Part shown: piece by piece, positions 41,301 through 52,260 of the stretch
Layout: the number at the start of each line of letters is the position of its first letter
Numbering within the stretch: position 1 is the stretch's first letter
Source: Antedon mediterranea
Lineage: Eukaryota > Animalia > Echinodermata
NCBI RefSeq assembly: GCF_964355755.1
Contig: NC_092680.1
Span: forward strand, 1-64,000
DNA length: 64,000 nucleotides
Reading direction: 5' to 3'
Made by a program: the position numbers and the translations under genes
The notes under the pieces: model-generated
The model's input: only the letters and a program-made list of their open reading frames with translations
Database searches by the model: none
Told to the model about the DNA's origin: nothing

Positions 41301-43940
41301 CCAATGGTCCCGTTTACTCAGCCCTCATCTTTAAAATTTGAGTGTAACTCATTTACGATTTTTAAAATATAGTGAATTTTGAAACTGTATTTGTGAGAAA
41401 ACGGCGGATTGTTCCTGAGATTCACTTGGTGGGATTATACTAGGGTACACCCTTAGTCGTCCAGTATAAGTTAGAGTGGGACCACTGGTCCCGTTTACCC
41501 AGCCCTCATCTTTAACGTTTGAGTGTAACTCAATTACGATTAATATTTTAAAATATAGTGAAATTTGATACTGTATTTGTGAGAAAATGGCGGATTGTTC
41601 CCGAGAGTCACTTGGTGGGATTATACTAGGGTACCTCCTTAGTTGTCCAGTTTAAGTTAGAGTGGGACCACTGTTCCCGTTTACTCAGCCCTTATCTTTA
41701 AAATTTGAGTGTAACTCATTTACGATTAATATTTTAAAATATAGTGAAATTTGATACTGTATTTGTGAGAAAATGGCGGATTGTTCCTGAGAGCCACTTG
41801 GTGGGATTATACTAGGGTACCCCCTTAGTTGTGCAGTATAAGTTAGAGTGGGACCACTGGTCCCATTTACTCAGCCCTCATCTTTAAAATTTGAGTGTAA
41901 CTCATTTACGATTTTTAAAATATAGTAAAATTTGAAACTGTATTTGTGAAAAAACGGCGGATTGTTCCTGGGAGTCACATTGTGGCATTATACTAAGGTA
42001 CGTCCTTAGTCGTCCAGTATAATTTAGAGTGCGACCACTGGTTCCGTTTACTCAGCCCTCATCTTTTAAATTTGAGTGTAACTCAATTACGGTAAAAAAA
42101 TTTAAAATATAGTGAAAATTGATACTGTATTTGTGAGAAAATGGCGGATTGTTCCTTGGAGTCACTTGGTGGGATTATACTAGGGTACCTCCTTAGTTGT
42201 CCAGTAGAGGTTAGAGTGGGACCACTGGTCCCGTTTACTCAGCCCTCATCTTTAACGTTTGAGTGTAACTCAATTACGATTAATAATTTAAAATATAGTG
42301 AAATTTCATACTGTATTTGTGAGAAAATGGCGGATTGTTCCTGGGAGCCACTTGGTGGGATTATACTAGGGTACCCCTTTAGTTGTGCAGTATAAGTTAG
42401 AGTGGGACCACTGGTCCCGTTTACTCAGCCCTCATCTTTAAAATTTGAATGTAACTCATTTACGATTTTTAAAATATAGTAAAATTTGAAACTGTATTTG
42501 TGAGAAAACGGCGGATTGTTCCTGAGAGTCACTTGGTGGGATTATACTAGGGTACCTCCTTAGTTGTCCAGTATAAGTTAGAGTGGGACCACTGGTCCCG
42601 TTTACTCAGCCCTCATCTTTAAAATTTGAGTGTAACTCATTTACGATTTTTAAAATATAGTGAAATTTGATACTGTATTTGTGAGAAAACGGCGGATTGT
42701 TCCTGAAAGTCACTTGGTGGGATTATACTAGGGTACCCCCTTAGTCGTCCAGTATAAGTTAGAGTGGGACCACTGGTCCCGTTTACTGAGCCCTCATCTT
42801 TTAAATTTGAGTGTAACTCATTTACGATTTTTAAAATATAGTAAAATTTGATACTGTATTTGTGAGAAAATGGCGGATTGTTCCTGGGAGCCACTTGGTG
42901 GGATTATACTAGTGTACCTCCTTAGTTGTCCAGTTTAAGTTAGAGTGGGACCACTGGTCCCGTTTACTCAACCCTTATCTTAAAAATTTGAGTGTAACTC
43001 AATTACGAATAATATTTTAAAATATAGTGAAATTTGATACTGTATTTGTGAGAAAATGGCGGATTGTTCCTGGGAGTCACTTGGTGGGATTATACTAGGG
43101 TACCCCCTTAGTCGTCCAGTATAAGTTAGAGTTCGACCAATGGTCCCGTTTACTCAGCCCTCATCTTTAAAATTTGAGTGTAACTCATTTACGATTTTTA
43201 AAATATAGTGAATTTTGAAACTGTATTTGTGAGAAAACGGCGGATTGTTCCTGAGATTCACTTGGTGGGATTATACTAGGGTACACCCTTAGTCGTACAG
43301 TATAAGTTAGAGTGGGACCACTGGTCCCGTTTACTCAGCCCTCATCTTTAAAATTTGAGTGTGACTCATTTACGATTTAAAAAATATAGTGAAATTTGAT
43401 ACTTTATTTGTGAGAAACTGGCGGATTGTTCCTGGGAGTCACTTGGTGGGATTATACTAGGGTACCTCCTTAGTTGTCCAGTATAAGTTAGAGTGGGACC
43501 ACTGGTCCCGTTTACTCAGCCCTCATCTTTAAAATTTGAGTGTAACTCATTTACGATTTTTAAAATATAGTGAAATTTGATACTGTATTTGTGAGAAAAC
43601 GGCGGATTGTTCCTGAGAGTCACTTGGTGGGATTATACTAGGGTACCTCCTTAGTTGTCCAGTATAAGTTAGAGTGGGACCACTGGTCCCGTTTACTCAG
43701 CCCTCATCTTTAAAATTTGAGTGTAACACATTTACGATTTTTAAAATATAGTGAAATTTGAAACTGTATTTGTGAAAAAACGGCGGATTGTTCCTGAGAG
43801 TCACTTGGTGGGATTATACTAGGGTACCTCCTTGTTCGTCCAGTAAAGGTTAGAGTGGTACCACTGGTTCCGTTTACTCAGCCCTCATCTTTAAAATTTG
43901 AGTGTAACTCATTTACGATTTTTAAAATATAGTGAAATTT
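35326..43940 (+). repeat. ~183-bp satellite, left arm (~47 monomers, 8- and 10-mer higher-order repeats)
   Basis: Monomer atttgtgagaaaayggcggattgttcctg...gggaccactggtccc...aaaatatagtgaa. A diagnostic variant (MADCSLESL ORF start) recurs at 36993, 38468, 40305 and 42141. Confidence 0.97.
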
Positions 43941-46900
43941 GTACCAGTGGTCCCACTCTAAACTATATTTTTAAAATCGTAAATGAGTTACACTCAAATT
44001 TTAAAGATGAGGGTAAACGGGACCAGTGGTCCCACTCTAACTTATACTGGACGACTAAGGGGGTACCCTAGTATAATCCCACCAAGTGACTCCAAGGAAC
44101 AATCCGCCATTTTCTCACAAATACAGTATCAATTTTCACTATATTTTAAAATGTTTATCGTAATTGAGTTACACTTAAATTTAAAAGATGAGGGCTGAGT
44201 AAACGGAACCAGTGGTACCACTATAACTTTTACTGGACGACTAAGGAGGTACCCTAGTATAATCCCACCAAGTGACTCCCCGGAACAATCCGCCATTTTC
44301 TCACAAATACAGTTTCAAATTTAACTATATTTTAAAAATTGTAATTGAGTTACACTCAAATTTTTAAGATGAGAAGGCTGAGTAAACGGGACCAGTGGTC
44401 CCACTCTAACTTATACTGGACAACTAAGGAGGTACCCTAGTATAATCCCACCAAGTGACTCCCAGGAACAATCCGCCATTTTCTCACAAATACAGTATCA
44501 AATGTCACTATATTTTTTAAATCGTAAATGAGTTACACTCGAATTTAAAAGATGAGGGCTGAGTAAACGGGACCAGTGGTCCCACTCTAATTTAGACTGG
44601 ACGACTAAGGAGGTACCTTAGTATAATCCCACCAAGTGACTCCCAGGAACAATCCGCCATTTTCTCACAAATACAGTTTCAAATTTAACTATATTTTAAA
44701 AATCGTAATTGAGTTACACTCAAATTTTAAAGATGAGGGCTGAGTAAACGGGACCAGTGGTCCCACTCTAACTTATACAGGATGACTAAAGAGGTACCCT
44801 AGTATAATCCCACCAAGTGAATCTCAAGAACAATCCGCCGTTTTCTCACAAATACAGTATCAAATTTCACTATATTTTTTAAATCGTAAATGCGTTACAC
44901 TCAAATTTAAAAGATGAGGGCTGAGTAAACGGGACCAGTGGTCCCACTCTAACTTATACAGGATGACTAAAGAGGTACCCTAGTATAATCCCACCAAGTG
45001 ACTCTCAGGAACAATCCGCCATTTTCTCACAAATACAGTATCAATTTTCACTATATTTTAAATATTTTTATCGTAATTGAGTTACACTCAAATTTAAAAG
45101 ATGAGGGCTGAGTAAACGGAACCAGTGGTCGCACTCTAACTTATACTGGACGACTAAGGACGTACCTTAGTATAATCCCACCATGTGACTCCCAGGAAAA
45201 ATCCGCCGTTTTCTCACAAATACAGTATCTAATTTCTCTATATTTTAAAAATCGTAAATGAGTTACACTCAAATTTAAAAGATGAGGGCTGAGTAAACGG
45301 GACCAGTGGTCCCACTCTAACTTATACTGGACGACTAAGGAGGCACCCTAGTATAATCCCACCAAGTGACTCTCAGGAACAATCCGCCGTTTTCTCACAA
45401 ATACAGTATCAAATTTCACTATATTTTAAAAATCGTAAATGAGTTACACTCAAATTTAAAAGATGAGGGCTGAGTAAACGGGACCAGTGGTACCACTCTA
45501 ACTTTTACTGGACGACTAAGGAGGTACCCTAGTATAATCCCACCAAGTGACTCTCAGGAACAATCCGCCGTTTTCTCACAAATACAGTATCAAATTTCAC
45601 TATATTTTAAAAATCGTAAATGAGTTACACTCAAATTTTAAAGATTAGGGCTGAGTTAACGGGACCAGTGGTCCCACTCTAACTTATACTGGACAACTAA
45701 GGAGGTACTCTAGTATAATCCCACCAAGTGACTCCCAGGAACAATCCGCCATTTTCTCACAAATACAGTATCAAATTTCACTATATTTTTTAAATCGTAA
45801 ATGAGTTACACTCAAATTTAAAAGATGAGGGCTGAGTAAACGGTACCAGTGGTCCCACTCTAACTTATACTGTACGACTAAGGAGGCACCCTAGTATAAT
45901 CCCACCAAGTGAATCTCAGGAACAATCCGCCGTTTTCTCACAAATACAGTTTCAAATTTCACTATATTTTAAAAATCGTAAATGAGTTACACTCAAATTT
46001 TAAAGATGAGGGCTGAGTAAACGGAAACAGTGGTCCCACTCTAACTTATACTGGACGACTAAGGGGGTACCCTAGTATAATCCCACCAAGTGACTGCCAG
46101 GAACAATCCGCCATTTTCTCACAAATACAGTATCAAATTTCACTATATTTTAAAATATTAATCGTAATTGAGTTACACTCAAATTTTAAAGATAAGGGCT
46201 GAGTAAACGGGACCAGTGGTCCCACTCTAACTTAAACTTGACAACTAAGGAGGTACCCTAGTATAATCCCACCAAGTGACTCCCGGGAACAATCCGCCAT
46301 TTTCTCACAAATACAGTATCAAATTTCACTATATTTTAAAAATCGTAAATGAGTTAAACTCAAATTTTAAAGATGAGGACTGAGTAAACGGGACCAGTGG
46401 TCCCACTCTAACTTATACTGGACAACTAAGGAGGTACCCTAGTATAATCCCACCAAGTGACTCCCAGGAACAATCCGCCATTTTTTCACAAATACAGTAT
46501 CAAATTTCACTATATTTTTTAAATCGTAAATGAGTTACACTCAAATTTAAAAGATGAGGGCTGAGTAAACGGTACCAGTGGTCCCACTCTAACTTATACT
46601 GTACGACTAAGGAGGCACCCTAGTATAATCCCACCAAGTGACTGCCAAGAACAATCCGCCATTTTCTCACAAATACAGTATCAAATTTCACTATATTTTA
46701 AAATATTAATCGTAATTGAGTTACACTCAAATTTTAAAGATAAGTGCTGAGTAAACGGGACCAGTGGTCCCACTCTAACTTAAACTGGACAACTAAGGAG
46801 GTACCCTAGTATAATCCCACCAAGTGACTCCCGGGAACAATCCGCCATTTTCTCACAAATACAGTATCAAATTTCACTATATTTTAAAATATTAATCGTA

Positions 46901-49900
46901 ATTGAGTTACACTCAAACGTTAAAGATGAGGGCTGAGTAAACGGAACCAGTGGTCCCACTCTAACTTCTACTGGACAACTAAGTAGGTACCCTAGTATAA
47001 TCCCACCAAGTGACTCCCAGGAACAATCCGCCATTTTCTCACAAATACAGTATCAATTTTCACTATATTTTAAATATTTTTATCGTAATTGAGTTACACT
47101 CAAATTTAAAAGATGAGGGCTGAGTAAACGGAACCAGTGGTCGCACTCTAACTTATACTGGACGACTAAGGACGTACCTTAGTATAATCCCACCATGTGA
47201 CTCCCAGGAAAAATCCGCCGTTTTCTCACAAATACAGTATCTAATTTCTCTATATTTTTAAAATCGTAAATGAGTTACACTCAAATTTAAAAGATGAGGG
47301 CTGAGTAAACGGGACCAGTGGTCCCACTCTAACTTATATTGGACGACTAAGGAGGCACCCTAGTATAATCCCACAAAGTGACTCTCAGGAACAATCCGCC
47401 GTTTTCTCACAAATACAGTATCAAATTTCACTATATTTTAAAAATCGTAAATGAGTTACACTCAAATTTAAAAGATGAGGGCTGAGTAAACGGGACCAGT
47501 GGTACCACTCTAACTTTTACTGGACGACTAAGGAGGTACCCTAGTATAATCCCACCAAGTGACTCTCAGGAACAATCCGCCGTTTTCTCACAAATACAGT
47601 ATCAAATTTCACTATATTTTAAAAATCGTAAATGAGTTACACTCAAATTTTAAAGATTAGGGCTGAGTTAACGGGACCAGTGGTCCCACTCTAACTTATA
47701 CTGGACAACTAAGGAGGTACTCTAGTATAATCCCACCAAGTGACTCCCAGGAACAATCCGCCATTTTCTCACAAATACAGTATCAAATTTCACTATATTT
47801 TTTAAATCGTAAATGAGTTACACTCAAATTTAAAAGATGAGGGCTGAGTAAACGGTACCAGTGGTCCCACTCTAACTTATACTGTACGACTAAGGAGGCA
47901 CCCTAGTATAATCCCACCAAGTGAATCTCAGGAACAATCCGCCGTTTTCTCACAAATACAGTTTCAAATTTCACTATATTTTAAAAATCGTAAATGAGTT
48001 ACACTCAAATTTTAAAGATGAGGGCTGAGTAAACGGAAACAGTGGTCCCACTCTAACTTATACTGGACGACTAAGGGGGTACCCTAGTATAATCCCACCA
48101 AGTGACTGCCAGGAACAATCCGCCATTTTCTCACAAATACAGTATCAAATTTCACTATATTTTAAAATATTAATCGTAATTGAGTTACACTCAAATTTTA
48201 AAGATAAGGGCTGAGTAAACGGGACCAGTGGTCCCACTCTAACTTAAACTTGACAACTAAGGAGGTACCCTAGTATAATCCCACCAAGTGACTCCCGGGA
48301 ACAATCCGCCATTTTCTCACAAATACAGTATCAAATTTCACTATATTTTAAAAATCGTAAATGAGTTAAACTCAAATTTTAAAGATGAGGGCTGAGTAAA
48401 CGGGACCAGTGGTCCCACTCTAACTTATACTGGACAACTAAGGAGGTACCCTAGTATAATCCCACCAAGTGACTCCCAGGAACAATCCGCCATTTTTTCA
48501 CAAATACAGTATCAAATTTCACTATATTTTTTAAATCGTAAATGAGTTACACTCAAATTTAAAAGATGAGGGCTGAGTAAACGGTACCAGTGGTCCCACT
48601 CTAACTTATACTGTACGACTAAGGAGGCACCCTAGTATAATCCCACCAAGTGACTGCCAAGAACAATCCGCCATTTTCTCACAAATACAGTATCAAATTT
48701 CACTATATTTTAAAATATTAATCGTAATTGAGTTACACTCAAATTTTAAAGATAAGTGCTGAGTAAACGGGACCAGTGGTCCCACTCTAACTTAAACTGG
48801 ACAACTAAGGAGGTACCCTAGTATAATCCCACCAAGTGACTCCCGGGAACAATCCGCCATTTTCTCACAAATACAGTATCAAATTTCACTATATTTTAAA
48901 ATATTAATCGTAATTGAGTTACACTCAAACGTTAAAGATGAGGGCTGAGTAAACGGAACCAGTGGTCCCACTCTAACTTCTACTGGACAACTAAGTAGGT
49001 ACCCTAGTATAATCCCACCAAGTGACTCCCAGGAACAATCCGCCATTTTCTCACAAATACAGTATCAATTTTCACTATATTTTAAATATTTTTATCGTAA
49101 TTGAGTTACACTCAAATTTAAAAGATGAGGGCTGAGTAAACGGAACCAGTGGTCGCACTCTAACTTATACTGGACGACTAAGGACGTACCTTAGTATAAT
49201 CCCACCATGTGACTCCCAGGAAAAATCCGCCGTTTTCTCACAAATACAGTATCTAATTTCTCTATATTTTTAAAATCGTAAATGAGTTACACTCAAATTT
49301 AAAAGATGAGGGCTGAGTAAACGGGACCAGTGGTCCCACTCTAACTTATATTGGACGACTAAGGAGGCACCCTAGTATAATCCCACAAAGTGACTCTCAG
49401 GAACAATCCGCCGTTTTCTCACAAATACAGTATCAAATTTCACTATATTTTAAAAATCGTAAATGAGTTACACTCAAATTTAAAAGATGAGGGCTGAGTA
49501 AACGGGACCAGTGGTACCACTCTAACTTTTACTGGACGACTAAGGAGGTACCCTAGTATAATCCCACCAAGTGACTCTCAGGAACAATCCGCCGTTTTCT
49601 CACAAATACAGTATCAAATTTCACTATATTTTAAAAATCGTAAATGAGTTACACTCAAATTTTAAAGATTAGGGCTGAGTTAACGGGACCAGTGGTCCCA
49701 CTCTAACTTATACTGGACAACTAAGGAGGTACTCTAGTATAATCCCACCAAGTGACTCCCAGGAACAATCCGCCATTTTCTCACAAATACAGTATCAAAT
49801 TTCACTATATTTTTTAAATCGTAAATGAGTTACACTCAAATTTAAAAGATGAGGGCTGAGTAAACGGTACCAGTGGTCCCACTCTAACTTATACTGTACG

Positions 49901-51798
49901 ACTAAGGAGGCACCCTAGTATAATCCCACCAAGTGAATCTCAGGAACAATCCGCCGTTTTCTCACAAATACAGTTTCAAATTTCACTATATTTTAAAAAT
50001 CGTAAATGAGTTACACTCAAATTTTAAAGATGAGGGCTGAGTAAACGGAAACAGTGGTCCCACTCTAACTTATACTGGACGACTAAGAGGGTACCCTAGT
50101 ATAATCCCACCAAGTGACTGCCAGGAACAATCCGCCATTTTCTCACAAATACAGTATCAAATTTCACTATATTTTAAAATATTAATCGTAATTGAGTTAC
50201 ACTCAAATTTTAAAGATAAGGGCTGAGTAAACGGGACCAGTGGTCCCACTCTAACTTAAACTGGACAACTAAGGAGGTACCCTAGTATAATCCCACCAAG
50301 TGACTCCCGGGAACAATCCGCCATTTTCTCACAAATACAGTATCAAATTTCACTATATTTTAAAATATTAATCGTAATTGAGTTACACTCAAACGTTAAA
50401 GATGAGGGCTGAGTAAACGGGACCAGTGGTCCCACTCTAACTTCTACTGGACAACTAAGGAGGTACCCTAGTATAATCCCACCAAGTGACTCCCAGGAAC
50501 AATCCGCCATTTTCTCACAAATACAGTATCAATTTTCACTATATTTTAAATATTTTTATCGTAATTGAGTTACACTCAAATTTAAAAGATGAGGGCTGAG
50601 TAAACGGAACCAGTGGTCGCACTCTAACTTATACTGGACGACTAAGGACGTACCTTAGTATAATCCCACCATGTGACTCCCAGGAAAAATCCGCCGTTTT
50701 CTCACAAATACAGTATCTAATTTCTCTATATTTTAAAAATCGTAAATGAGTTACACTCAAATTTAAAAGATGAGGGCTGAGTAAACGGGACCAGTGGTCC
50801 CACTCTAACTTATACTGGACGACTAAGGAGGCACCCTAGTATAATCCCACCAAGTGACTCTCAGGAACAATCCGCCGTTTTCTCACAAATACAGTATCAA
50901 ATTTCACTATATTTTAAAAATCGTAAATGAGTTACACTCAAATTTAAAAGATGAGGGCTGAGTAAACGGGACCAGTGGTCCCACTCTAACTTATACTGGA
51001 TGACTAATGGGGTACCCTAGTATAATCCCACCAAGTGACTCTTAGGAACAATCCGCCGTTTTCTCACAAATACAGTATCAAATTTCACTATATTTTAAAA
51101 ATCGTAAATGATTTACACTCAAATTTTAAAGATGAGGGCTGAGTAAACGGGACCAGTGGTCCCACTCTAACTTATACTGGACAACTAAGAAGGTACCCTA
51201 GTATAATCCCACAAAGTGACTCCCGGGAACAATCCGCCATTTTCTCACAAATACAGTATCAAATTTCACTATATTTTTTAAATCGTAAATGAGTTACACT
51301 CAAATTTAAAAGATGAGGGCTGAGTAAACGGTACCAGTGGTCCCACTCTAACTTATACTGTACGACTAAGGAGGTACCCTAGTATAATCCCACCAAGTGA
51401 CTCCCAGGAACAATCCGCCATTTTCTCACCAATACAGTTTCAAATTTAACTATATTTAAAAAATTGTAATTGAGTTACACTCAAATTTTAAAGATGAGGG
51501 CTGAGTAAACGGGACCAGTGGTCGCACTCTAACTTATACTGGACGTCTAAGGGGGTACCCTAGTATAATCCCACCAAGTGACTCCCAGGAACAATCCGCC
51601 ATTTTCTCACAAATACAGTTTCAAATTTAACTATATTTTAAAAATCGTAATTGAGTTACACTCAAATTTTAAAGATGAGGGCTGAGTAAACGGGACCAGT
51701 GGTCCCACTCTAACTTATACTGGACGACTAAGGGGGTACCCTAGTATAATCCCACCAAGTGAATCCCAGGAACAATCCGCCGTTTTTCTCACAAATAT
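43941..51798 (-). repeat. ~183-bp satellite, right inverted arm (~43 monomers, 11- and 8-mer higher-order repeats)
   Basis: Reverse complement of the left-arm monomer. The diagnostic variant ccatgtgactcccaggaaaaatcc recurs at 45181, 47193, 49205 and 50669. Confidence 0.97.
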
Positions 51799-52260
51799 TT
51801 AATTCCTAATACCATAAAAGCCATAAGTAACAATGAAAATGTAAAGAATGCACAAACGGCGTTTCATAGTTATTGTTGGCTGGAAAAAATAAAAGTGGGC
51901 TGGCTTATTGTTGGCTGGCTTATTGTTGGCTAGCTTGACACAAGCTTGACTGATCGCGTCGTTGAAGTTTTAATTTAAATACACCTATCCTCCTTCTTCG
52001 AACAGAATGGATTTCGTAAATCACGGCTAAGCTCAGCAGTGATTAAAACACCGTGGCCATTGATATCAATGCTTAATATAGGCTACGTTCGAGTTCGAAT
52101 CCGCGAAATGTGTAAATAATAATTATCACCGCTTAAATCAAAAACTAGACCACAAAATTACAAAAGTAGCAAAATAACAAAGCTCCCACAAAAAAACATA
52201 TTTTTTAAATACATGGCATCTTCACCAGATGATTAAGAATACAAATTTGATATAGAAATA

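Larger units (their letters stand above)
35179..51945. mobile_element. Giant satellite-filled foldback transposon (16,767 bp), Mutator-like ends, non-autonomous
   Basis: Perfect 9-bp TSD TTGACTGAT at 35170-35178 and 51946-51954. Termini GCTTGTGTCAAGCTAGCCAACAATAAG.../...CTTATTGTTGGCTAGCTTGACACAAGC are identical over 188 bp. No transposase ORF. Confidence 0.95.

Noticed and set aside
31715-51798. CRISPR-like reading of regularly spaced palindromic repeats, and small ORFs (MADCSLESL..., MAPRNNPP...) in the satellite
   Set aside because: Eukaryotic context, the units repeat in full with no unique spacers, and there are no cas genes. The ORFs recur only because the monomers do.
52023-52110. tRNA-like A and B boxes (agctcagcagtg...gttcgaatcc)
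   Set aside because: No convincing cloverleaf. At most a decayed SINE head, not a tRNA gene.
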